IMG/VR virus record: IMGVR_UViG_2778261676_000001
Length of the DNA: 10,282 nt
Direction: 5' to 3' (one strand)
From: a virus
Lineage: Duplodnaviria > Heunggongvirae > Uroviricota > Caudoviricetes
The notes beneath the pieces were generated by a model, which did no database searches, was not told where the DNA came from, and saw only the letters and a program-made list of their open reading frames with translations. Below, piece after piece: positions 1 to 7,283 of this stretch. The translations under genes and the position numbers were made by a program. The stretch's first letter is position 1, and every line of letters starts with the position of its first letter.

Positions 1-1175
1 ATATAGTTAAATGCGATGTTTTTGACGGTGTTTTCCGCGTTACCAGCAGCGTTAACGGTGATGGTGTGTCCATGTGAACCAATCGCAACGGAGTGCGTAT
101 GAGCACCAATACCGACAGTATGCGCGTGTGCACCTGCGCTTGCAGCAGTGCCGGACAGTGAGTGGGTATGTGCGCCAGCAGATGATGTTGCATAGTTTTG
201 ATTATGCACAACAGACAATCTTGTTGATGCACTACCAGCACCGGAGTTAGCACTAGCCGTGTTCACGTTGGCTAGTGAGTGTGTGTGTGCTCCAGCCGAG
301 TTTGTAGAGCCGCTCACACTGTGTGTATGTGCCCCGGTGTTATTCGTGGATTTAGTGCCGTAATCAAACGACGATGTGGTTTTCGTCCCCAAATCTGTAC
401 TGGATGCGCTGGCGCTGTGGGTATGCGATTTAATGCCGTCCTGTTCCTGAGACAATACGGCCCGACCACTGGCAGGTTTGCCCTTAATCGTCCAGCCACG
501 CATATCAGGGATCACGCCTGACGGATAAGCGGCTGCAAGTTTCGGGTAAGCAGATTTGTCAAAAGCCTGCCCCTGCATCAGGGCATAACCAGACGGAACG
601 GTATCTGATGGCCACGGGATTGGTGCGCCGACTGGGTAGCTTTCTGGTGGAAGATTTTTCGAGGTATAAACTTCTGCCCAGTCTTCCTCAAAACCATAAC
701 CGTCTCTTGAAGAACGGTAGAACAGACCACCATTTCTGTAATGCGCCTTCATCTGCAGGGTCCGGCAACTTCCGACTCCGGTATAGAAGTTAACCAGAAT
801 ATAGCTGTCGCCAGAGCGGGTGACATTGTAAGCGCCTGATTCGGCATTCCATGGAACGCCACCATCCGCATCGGCATATGTATCCGTTGCCCTTCTGGCA
901 AAAGCAGCCACATGCGCGGCGGTTAAAGTAATATCTTTGGAACCATCAAACTCAACACCAGAAACCAGTCTTGGCGTTTGCAGCTTTGTTGCTGTTAATG
1001 CATTACCGTTCAGACTTGCGGACAGTTTGGTTCCAATAACCAGTTCGCCGGTTGCGTTATCAATAGCAAACGGTCTTAATGTATTCCAGCCACCATAAAC
1101 ATCACCTTGATTGGTAAGCAGCAGGTAAGTTTTAGCGCCATCATTACGCCATAATGCACCATACTCCCCACCTAT
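1..1175 (-). pseudogene. stf: Side tail fiber protein (Stf / T4 gp37-like) C-terminal portion; 5-prime-truncated remnant, partial at window edge
   Basis: Minus-strand frame is open from 1175 through position 1 with no stop. Hand translation reads [212 protein letters not shown]... then tandem GAHTHS-type His-x-His repeats ...[19 protein letters not shown], which I recognise as the conserved C-terminal region of lambdoid side tail fibers. The frame is closed upstream by TGA at 1176-1178 and has no in-frame ATG near its 5-prime end, so the N-terminal majority of a normal Stf is absent. It is missing from the ORF track because it has no start and runs off the window. Confidence 0.7.
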
Positions 1176-2388
1176 TCATTCGAATCTGATTACCACCACG
1201 CGCTACAATTTCGTCTGTGGCAAAAAGTTTTTTGCACGACAAGTTATCGTTAACGATTAACGAATGAGACTCATAAAAACCACGCCCACTCTTAAAATCA
1301 AGGATAACGTCCGCCGCGATACATTCAGTCGCCGGATTTGTTGCCCCAAACTTATAGGTCGTATCATTAACAACGAGATCAGCACCAGGTGCGGATATTG
1401 ACAGGCCATCTTCAATAAACGCAAAAACAGGGAAAGCAGCGCCATCAACATAGAACACAGAGCGCAAATCATCGCCCTTATTACTCATCATTATTGAGTG
1501 AATGGCTCGTTCATTGTTTTGATATTGCCAGAACATGCCATAAGCATAACGCCCCCTGTCAGTCCAGCCACCAGGCATAACAAATCCGTTAAACTCGCAG
1601 TTATTCATCGGATCGCCTGCGGTTCGCGTTGCTGTGGTGATAATGACTCTTGATGCCAGTTCGCTTACGTAGGTTCCGGAATCCAGATACAGCTCGGTCA
1701 TTCCGCCGCTGTTTTTCTGCGTCTGTTTCTGCCCTAACTGGACAGCACCGATCGTCATAAACAATTCACCACAGCGACCGAGATTCGTGTACGTATTCAC
1801 ATCCTCGTTAATGCGCCCCATGAATGAGAACGGTCGATCAACCGAACAGATAAAGCTGTTCATTGCCTTGCGTTTCACCCACGAAGCATGGCCGCCATTG
1901 TCACCAAGAAAATCCCCTCCCTGCGACATAGCGATGGAAAGAGCAGGTATTGATTCGTAGTACGCCAGCATTTCAGAAAGGATCGCATCCAGTTTCCTTA
2001 TCGGAAAATAGGCCTGGTCATAGTTGCGATCCACCCGAAACTGGAACTCGTGATAATCATCATCGAGCTGAATGAAGTATTTACACCCGACCAGTTTTGC
2101 CTGGTCGAAACAGGCATTACGGGCGTAAAAAATTGAGCGGCGGTCACAGAAATTATCGGCTTCGTCAAAACGACTGGCGATATCGGCTTTGGAAAACACC
2201 AGCACCTGTTCACCAAATTCAGCCATGTACTGATGCCGTGTCTTATCTTCATCATCAACAACGATAAAAATTTTCCCGGTATAGCCAGCACGACGCAACG
2301 TCCGGTAAGTCAGAACTTTGTCCGGTCGCCCGTGAGTCAGAATAAAGGCGCAAAAATCATCACGCATATTCCTCCTCCTCACCACCAT
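1144..2388 (-). CDS. Uncharacterised protein with N-terminal GT-A fold (family-2-like) glycosyltransferase motifs and ~270-aa C-terminal region of unknown function
   Basis: 414-aa ORF from ATG 2388; alternative ATG at 2367 (407 aa) overlaps the upstream gene stop as ATGCGTGA and is preceded by GAGGAGGAGG. Motif series [11 protein letters not shown] / [11 protein letters not shown] / [27 protein letters not shown] matches the beta1, beta2 and ARN..G.Y..LD.DD (DxD) signature of GT-A glycosyltransferases. No Walker A and no methyltransferase motifs. Stop at 1144-1146 lies 30 nt inside the point where the stf frame opens. Confidence 0.85.
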   Translation of the reverse strand: MVVRRRNMRDDFCAFILTHGRPDKVLTYRTLRRAGYTGKIFIVVDDEDKTRHQYMAEFGEQVLVFSKADIASRFDEADNFCDRRSIFYARNACFDQAKLVGCKYFIQLDDDYHEFQFRVDRNYDQAYFPIRKLDAILSEMLAYYESIPALSIAMSQGGDFLGDNGGHASWVKRKAMNSFICSVDRPFSFMGRINEDVNTYTNLGRCGELFMTIGAVQLGQKQTQKNSGGMTELYLDSGTYVSELASRVIITTATRTAGDPMNNCEFNGFVMPGGWTDRGRYAYGMFWQYQNNERAIHSIMMSNKGDDLRSVFYVDGAAFPVFAFIEDGLSISAPGADLVVNDTTYKFGATNPATECIAADVILDFKSGRGFYESHSLIVNDNLSCKKLFATDEIVARGGNQIRMNRWGVWCIMA

Positions 2389-3151
2389 GCATGATCTCCA
2401 CCATGCGCTGCGTCATCCGGACAAATCCATTTTCAATAGCCTGCTGATAATCAATGATCACCAGCGCCGACTCCTCGAAAAAACACTGAATTTCAGCGGG
2501 GGCGTGAGCGTAATAGTCCGCAATTCTGCTGAAATTAAACACCGTGTGACGTTCTGCCGCACACAGGAGGAATTTCTCAATATCAGGCTCAAGGGACGCC
2601 GAACGTATCCGGCTGATCAGCTCCTGAGTTTTCGTATCGTCGTACAGTTCACTGATATCCGGTTTACCGCCCGACGGCTCATAAACAGGCGTATCAATTT
2701 TCGTCGTATACGGCTCCTCCTCATTTCCTGTACCGGGCAAAACATCCGTCAACAGTTCATCAATTTCTGTCGGGATGAAGCCTGTCAGGGAGACATCAAA
2801 ATCAGCATTGATTAGGTCCGACAGCTCCATCCGCAACAGATCTTCATCCCAGCCAGCATTCATCGGCAGGCGATTATCTGCCAGGCGGTACGCCTTTTTC
2901 TGCTCATCCGTCAGGCCAGACAGAACAATGACCGGAACAGAATCCATTTTGAGCATTTCAGCCGCCATAACACGACCGTGACCCGCAATAATTTCGCCCT
3001 TTTCGTCAATCAGCACCGGATTAGTCCAGCCGAATTGCTTAATACTTTCTACCAGTTGTGCCACCTGCTCAGTACTGTGCGTCCTGGCGTTGTGCGCATA
3101 CGGTGACAATTCTTGTAATGGGCGATAGACTATCTTTAATTTCTCGCTCAT
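2360..3151 (-). CDS. ParB/Srx-fold (ParB-like nuclease domain) protein with acidic C-terminal tail
   Basis: 263-aa ORF, ATG at 3149-3151 preceded by AAGG. N-terminal region IVYRPLQELSPYAHNARTHSTEQVAQLVESIKQFGWTNPVLIDEKGEIIAGHGRVMAAEMLKMDSVPVIVL has the ParB N-domain pattern including the GxxR arginine motif. C-terminus is acidic (GGEEEEYA). Translationally coupled to the downstream glycosyltransferase-like gene. Confidence 0.85.
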   Translation of the reverse strand: MSEKLKIVYRPLQELSPYAHNARTHSTEQVAQLVESIKQFGWTNPVLIDEKGEIIAGHGRVMAAEMLKMDSVPVIVLSGLTDEQKKAYRLADNRLPMNAGWDEDLLRMELSDLINADFDVSLTGFIPTEIDELLTDVLPGTGNEEEPYTTKIDTPVYEPSGGKPDISELYDDTKTQELISRIRSASLEPDIEKFLLCAAERHTVFNFSRIADYYAHAPAEIQCFFEESALVIIDYQQAIENGFVRMTQRMVEIMHGGEEEEYA

Positions 3152-3167
3152 ACAGCCTTGCTTTATG

Positions 3168-3202
3168 AATAAAACGCACCCCAGCAGCCAGTGCTACTGG
3201 GG
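3168..3202 (-). terminator. Possible weak terminator/attenuator between trkG and the ParB-like gene
   Basis: Imperfect 9-bp stem CCCCAGCAG / CTACTGGGG (one mismatch) with a 6-nt loop, followed on the minus strand by GCGTTTTATT, ending about 20 nt before the ParB-like start codon. Confidence 0.25.
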
Positions 3203-3288
3203 ACGGAGGTGTTGCTGGTAAAGTTAGGTATTGGATCAATGAGTGAGTCAACATAATATTAAACTCACAATTATAAATCAGCCATATA

Positions 3289-4764
3289 TTAGGAGCGCCA
3301 AAAAAAACCTGAAAACAATATAATAACAGGATAAATTTCAAGGCGACCAAGAATCATAGCTATGCACATTAAACATTTTGCAATGTCATTAAGCACTCCG
3401 AATGACGATGCAGTAGCCCCAAAACCTAATCCCATATTATTAATACATGCAGCCACTGTTGCAAATGATGTAAGAAAATCATATCCCATACCATTTAACA
3501 CCAGTATAAAAAACACCGTGAAGAGAGTATAAAGAAAAAAGAAACTCCATACAGACCTCATTACACGATCTGTAACTATCTTCCCTCCTACATTTACACT
3601 CAACAACGCTCTGGGATGAGAAAGCTGATTTATCTCGTGTTTGCTTTGTTTGAAAAGTATAAGAAATCGAAGTGACTTAATTCCACCACAAGTTGAACCT
3701 ATACATCCCCCAAAGAAACTTGACAACAGCAAAAACACTATCGTGTGCGTGGGCCAACTTGCATAATCCTGCGTAGCTAAACCATTATCAGTGAGCATGG
3801 AGCTGGCAAGAAAAAACGAATGAATAAAACTTCCATGCAAGTCATACATACCTATATGCCAGACCTGGAAAGAGGTAACAATGATCACCCCTAAGGCTAT
3901 TAACAGAAAGAAACGAAGTTCAATATCTCTGATTAAAGGTTTTATCGTTTTCCTGCTAATAACAATATACCAAAGAGTGAAGTTGAAAGCCGATAGCAGG
4001 GAAAAAGAACCAGCCACCAGCTCAACCAAATAGTTATTAAAATATCCGATACTCTCGCTATGAGTTGAGAAACCACCAAGCGAAACTGTGGAAATCCCGT
4101 GACAAATAGCATCAAACAAAGGCATTCCTGCAAGTCTATAACAGACAATACAAGCAATACCTAATAAAGAATAAGTTATCCACAGTGTCCGTGACGTATC
4201 GGCCAGGCGGGGAGTGAGTTTGTCATCCTTAAATGGCCCCGGCATTTCTGACTGATAAAGCTTTGCACCACCAATACCCAATAATGGCAATACAGCAACC
4301 GCCAGAACAATAACTCCTAAACCACCTATAAAATTTAACTGTGACCGATAGTACAAATATGCCCGAGGTAATGAACTAACATCATCAATTACAGTTGCTC
4401 CTGTTGTTGTTATTCCAGAAACCCCTTCAAACAGAGCATCAATGAACGTTAAATTAAGTTCTGAGTCAATCCATAAAGGGAATGCACTAATAACAGAAAA
4501 CAAAATCCAAAACATTACAATTATAATAAACCCATCACGGGTACGTAATTGAATGCCAGATTTCTTAGTTGTATACCACGCTCCGCCACCAATGCAAAAA
4601 AATATAACGAAAGTTATAAAGAAAACAAACAGGCTTTTTTCTTTATAAAACAATGCTACAACCATTGGTGGCAACATTGAAAGACTATAGAGCCAAACCA
4701 GGAACCCACACATATGAGTAACAACTCTTACATGAGATGTATTCATATCTAAATATTCTTTCAA
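3289..4764 (-). CDS. trkG: TrkH-family potassium uptake protein, prophage-borne (TrkG-like)
   Basis: 491-aa polytopic membrane ORF with TrkH/KtrB-type pore-loop motifs (FEGVSGITTTGATV, ICHGISTVSLGGFSTHSESIGYF, GGCIGSTCGGIK). Markedly AT-rich relative to flanking phage genes, and sits directly after Rz as in Rac-type prophages. ORF-track start is a TTG at 4764 with AAGGTGG 6 nt upstream; an in-frame ATG at 4746 (MNTSHVRVV..., 485 aa) is the alternative start. Confidence 0.85.
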   Translation of the reverse strand: MKEYLDMNTSHVRVVTHMCGFLVWLYSLSMLPPMVVALFYKEKSLFVFFITFVIFFCIGGGAWYTTKKSGIQLRTRDGFIIIVMFWILFSVISAFPLWIDSELNLTFIDALFEGVSGITTTGATVIDDVSSLPRAYLYYRSQLNFIGGLGVIVLAVAVLPLLGIGGAKLYQSEMPGPFKDDKLTPRLADTSRTLWITYSLLGIACIVCYRLAGMPLFDAICHGISTVSLGGFSTHSESIGYFNNYLVELVAGSFSLLSAFNFTLWYIVISRKTIKPLIRDIELRFFLLIALGVIIVTSFQVWHIGMYDLHGSFIHSFFLASSMLTDNGLATQDYASWPTHTIVFLLLSSFFGGCIGSTCGGIKSLRFLILFKQSKHEINQLSHPRALLSVNVGGKIVTDRVMRSVWSFFFLYTLFTVFFILVLNGMGYDFLTSFATVAACINNMGLGFGATASSFGVLNDIAKCLMCIAMILGRLEIYPVIILFSGFFWRS

Positions 4765-4883
4765 TTATAACCACCTTGCTGCAATATTATGATTATACTG
4801 TATAAAATTTAACTCCTCTTAGATCTTACTTCACTGTTCCTTATGAAACAATCATCAAAATGAATCATATTGTAGTTAAGATT

Positions 4884-5348
4884 TTACTTTAAACACTGCT
4901 CGGTTATGTATTGCTGAGCACCTTCAAGTTGGGCCTGCATCATTACCAGTCGTTCCCGGAGGGTGAAATAATCCCGTTCAGCGGTGTCTGCCAGTCGGGA
5001 GGAGGCTGCATTATCCACGCCGGAGGCGGTGGTGGCTTCACGCACTGACTGACAGACTGCTTTGATGTGCAACCGACGACGACCAGCGGCAACATCATCA
5101 CGCAGAGCATCATTTTCAGCTTTCGCATCAGCTAACTCCTTCGTGTATTTTGCATCGAGCGCAGCAACATCACGCTGACGCATCTGCATGTCAGTAATTG
5201 CCGCGTTCGCCAGCTTCAGTTCTCTGGCATTTTTGTCGCGCTGGGCTTTGTAGGTAATGGCGTTATCACGGTAATGATTAACAGCCCATGACAGGCAGAC
5301 GATGATGCAGATAACCAGAGCGGAGATAATCGCGGTTACTCTGTTCAT
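4884..5348 (-). CDS. rzpD: Rz i-spanin (inner-membrane spanin subunit)
   Basis: Sequence [60 protein letters not shown]... is almost identical to lambda/DLP12 Rz as I recall it. The ATG at 5346-5348 overlaps the endolysin stop (ATGA). The ORF-track start at 5360 is an upstream GTG and is probably not used. Symbol given by similarity; the prophage of origin is not certain. Confidence 0.9.
   Translation of the reverse strand: MNRVTAIISALVICIIVCLSWAVNHYRDNAITYKAQRDKNARELKLANAAITDMQMRQRDVAALDAKYTKELADAKAENDALRDDVAAGRRRLHIKAVCQSVREATTASGVDNAASSRLADTAERDYFTLRERLVMMQAQLEGAQQYITEQCLK
4943..5128 (-). CDS. rzoD: Rz1 o-spanin lipoprotein, embedded in the +1 frame of Rz
   Basis: 61-aa ORF wholly inside Rz in a different frame. 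[23 protein letters not shown] has a lipobox (VVGC), followed by a proline-rich mature region [18 protein letters not shown], typical of Rz1. Confidence 0.85.
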   Translation of the reverse strand: MRKLKMMLCVMMLPLVVVGCTSKQSVSQCVKPPPPPAWIMQPPPDWQTPLNGIISPSGNDW

Positions 5349-5842
5349 TGCTGACCCCACAAACAGATTTCACGCTCAATCTCACGACGAGTCATGAGAC
5401 CTTTCCATTGCTTACCGCCAGCATATGTCCAGCGACGTAGCTGATCACATGCGCCTTTGATATCGCCCTGGTTTATTTTGCGAAGAAGCGTCGATGTTCT
5501 GAAATTGCCAGCACCCACGTTGTAAACGAATGAGTAAAGAGCGCCGCGCGTTGTTTCCGGTATATCGACTTTGATGTACGGGTTAATTTGTCTGGCGACC
5601 GTGGCAAGGTCTTTATTCAAGAGTGTTTTGCATTCTGCTTTGGTATACGTTTTACCGAGCATGATGTCTTTTCCTGTATGCCCGTGACATACAGTCCATA
5701 CACCAACAATATCTTTGTATGGTATGTAGCTGACACCTTCCAGACCATCGTTACCACTTGGGCCAGTGATTAACACTGATGCTATAGCAATTGCTCCGCC
5801 ACCAATAGCAGCAGCAACGACTTTTCGTAATGATGGAGGCAT
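5345..5842 (-). CDS. rrrD: SAR endolysin (phage-21 R-type lysozyme, GH24 family)
   Basis: 165 aa. N-terminal Gly/Ala-rich signal-anchor-release segment ([20 protein letters not shown]) followed by a lysozyme catalytic region ([25 protein letters not shown]). Start ATG overlaps the holin stop (TAATG). Closely resembles DLP12 RrrD / phage 21 R as I recall them. Confidence 0.9.
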   Translation of the reverse strand: MPPSLRKVVAAAIGGGAIAIASVLITGPSGNDGLEGVSYIPYKDIVGVWTVCHGHTGKDIMLGKTYTKAECKTLLNKDLATVARQINPYIKVDIPETTRGALYSFVYNVGAGNFRTSTLLRKINQGDIKGACDQLRRWTYAGGKQWKGLMTRREIEREICLWGQQ

Positions 5843-6057
5843 TATTCACCTCTCGCAGCCTTGCGCTTATCTTCTTTAATCTTGAAATAAAGGTTTGTCA
5901 GGTACGTCAGCAGGCCAAATACCAGACTACCCAGCACACCGATTGCAGCCCACTGTGACGGAGTTACTCTATCGAGCAACTGTAAAAACCAGTAGCCAGC
6001 ACTGCCTGCGGAGGTGCCGTAGGCAATGCCTGTTGAAATTTTGTCCATGGATTTCAT
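5842..6057 (-). CDS. essD: Class II pinholin (S21-like) with dual-start motif
   Basis: 71-aa product [71 protein letters not shown] with two TM segments and the M-K-x-M dual start. GGAGGTGA Shine-Dalgarno sits 6 nt upstream of ATG 6055-6057. The ORF-track start at 6114 is an upstream GTG extension. Confidence 0.9.
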   Translation of the reverse strand: MKSMDKISTGIAYGTSAGSAGYWFLQLLDRVTPSQWAAIGVLGSLVFGLLTYLTNLYFKIKEDKRKAARGE

Positions 6058-6156
6058 AGCCTCACCTCCGCACGGAACGGATGGCATAGTTATTATGTGT
6101 AGGCTTTCAGACACATCAATCAGAGCCTTAATTGATATATATGCTGGAGACGATGC

Positions 6157-6183
6157 AATATAAAAAGCTCGCCGTAGCGAGCT
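6157..6183 (-). terminator. Intrinsic terminator between the lipoprotein morons and the lysis cassette
   Basis: Perfect 7-bp GC-rich stem AGCTCGC / GCGAGCT with a 4-nt loop (6166-6183), followed on the minus strand by TTTTATATT. No U-tract on the plus strand, so it is unidirectional. Confidence 0.6.
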
Positions 6184-6308
6184 AATAAAATGTATTTCTC
6201 TGATATTATGTTTATTTGTATTAGCTCAGACTTGACATCACAGGTTTCGTATATAGAACATCATCAAATCTGTCAGTTTGCTATGAATGAGATATAGTAA
6301 TTGAAGAG

Positions 6309-6704
6309 CTAACCTCGCATGTCAAAGCCAGATTTCTGAAAATCTCTGTAGACTTCCGGATTGTTGAAGGCCGGAAATTTGGCTTTATGAGCTGCGGACT
6401 TTATCGCTTCGCAATAGGCTTTATCACCGTTACTGGTAGATATTTTTAACGCCGTGCCATCCTGAGAGAATTCCATATGCAACCTGCATTTTTTCCCTTT
6501 CCAGTTATGCGGCTCATCAAGTTTGGCATTAATTGCAGCTCTGATTCCCCGCGCTTGCGCCCCCCATTCATCCTGATCATCCCAGCGTCCTGAACTGCAA
6601 CTACCTGTAGCAGTAGTTTTGTGGCAATCTGAAGGGTGTAAAGGTGTGCATCCCGCAACAAAACCGACCCAAAAAGTCAACATAACGATTTTCTTTAATC
6701 CCAC
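6309..6704 (-). CDS. Lipoprotein with TolA C-terminal (domain III)-like mature domain
   Basis: 131 aa. GTG start at 6704 with GAGGAG 6 nt upstream. Signal peptide with lipobox (FVAGC). C-terminal part WKGKKCRLHMEFSQDGTALKISTSNGDKAYCEAIKSAAHKAKFPAFNNPEVYRDFQKSGFD follows the TolA domain III pattern (GK.C.L...G.L..I....D..C.A...A...AK.P..P..VY..F). Paralog of the next gene. Confidence 0.8.
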   Translation of the reverse strand: MGLKKIVMLTFWVGFVAGCTPLHPSDCHKTTATGSCSSGRWDDQDEWGAQARGIRAAINAKLDEPHNWKGKKCRLHMEFSQDGTALKISTSNGDKAYCEAIKSAAHKAKFPAFNNPEVYRDFQKSGFDMRG

Positions 6705-6854
6705 TTCTTGCTCCTCAATCCATTAAAATCTCAGCAATAGTAGTTGTTACGTCCGCCACTGGCTCAGAGCTGACTATCCGCTAAATTTAGCTCAGTGCCG
6801 TAGCTGTGTCAGAACAAACCTAAGCCGAAACCGTTTATTACAAAACAATAAATA

Positions 6855-7283
6855 TCAGGGTTTACAATCCAGCACCCCATTTTGAAATACTTTATATACT
6901 TCCGGCGAAGGGGGGGCAGGTATATCAGCATTCTTTATCGCATTCATCGCTTCACGACATAAATCGAGGTCTCCACTTTCTCTTTTAACCTCCAGTAGAA
7001 GGCCATTCGGAGCCATATGCATTCTCAGTGTACACTCTTTTCCTGAATACTTACTCGCATCCCCGAACTGTTTTTCGATGGCGCTCTTGATTTGATGGGC
7101 ATACAGACGGATATCCTCACTAACATCAGAAGTACGTTCAGATGAACTCACATACTGTGTCTCTATTGCTTTATCGGAGTAATATGATGTACGGTCATGA
7201 TAATTTGTCGATACAGCATCAGTGCACCCGATAATAATCCCACTAATAATCAACGTAAGAATTGATGCGCTACGAAAACCCAT
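6855..7283 (-). CDS. Lipoprotein with TolA C-terminal (domain III)-like mature domain
   Basis: 142 aa. ATG at 7283 with GAGGA upstream. Lipobox IIGC. C-terminal 85 aa YAHQIKSAIEKQFGDASKYSGKECTLRMHMAPNGLLLEVKRESGDLDLCREAMNAIKNADIPAPPSPEVYKVFQNGVLDCKP align closely with the E. coli TolA C-terminus as I recall it (YAGQIKSAIESKFYDASSYAGKTCTLRIKLAPDGMLLDIKPEGGDPALCQAALAAAKLAKIPKPPSQAVYEVFKNAPLDFKP). Confidence 0.85.
   Translation of the reverse strand: MGFRSASILTLIISGIIIGCTDAVSTNYHDRTSYYSDKAIETQYVSSSERTSDVSEDIRLYAHQIKSAIEKQFGDASKYSGKECTLRMHMAPNGLLLEVKRESGDLDLCREAMNAIKNADIPAPPSPEVYKVFQNGVLDCKP

Noticed and set aside
279-521. Plus-strand 80-aa ORF (and minus-strand 61-aa ORF 314..499) inside the tail fiber region
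   Set aside because: They lie antisense or out of frame to a long, clearly conserved tail fiber reading frame. They are products of the repetitive GC-rich His-repeat sequence, with no Shine-Dalgarno and no recognisable protein features.
1144-2388. Possibility that the 414-aa protein is a terminase large subunit remnant, given its position after the lysis genes
   Set aside because: No Walker A P-loop (GxxxxGK[ST]) anywhere in the sequence and no resemblance to lambda gpA or P22 gp2 as I recall them; the N-terminal motifs fit a GT-A glycosyltransferase instead.
2387-2981. Plus-strand ORFs 2387..2815 and 2775..2981
   Set aside because: Antisense to the ParB-like gene, which has strong family motifs; no ribosome-binding sites; composition typical of shadow ORFs.
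3069-3350. Minus-strand 93-aa ORF spanning the trkG to ParB-like intergenic region
   Set aside because: Overlaps the 5-prime end of the ParB-like gene and the 3-prime end of trkG in other frames, and runs through the putative terminator hairpin; no independent support.
6092-6119. Listing the TTGATG-N16-CATAAT match upstream of the holin as a promoter feature
   Set aside because: The consensus match is good, but a constitutive promoter directly in front of holin and endolysin would be lethal unless controlled. Without transcript data I kept it as a finding rather than a called feature.
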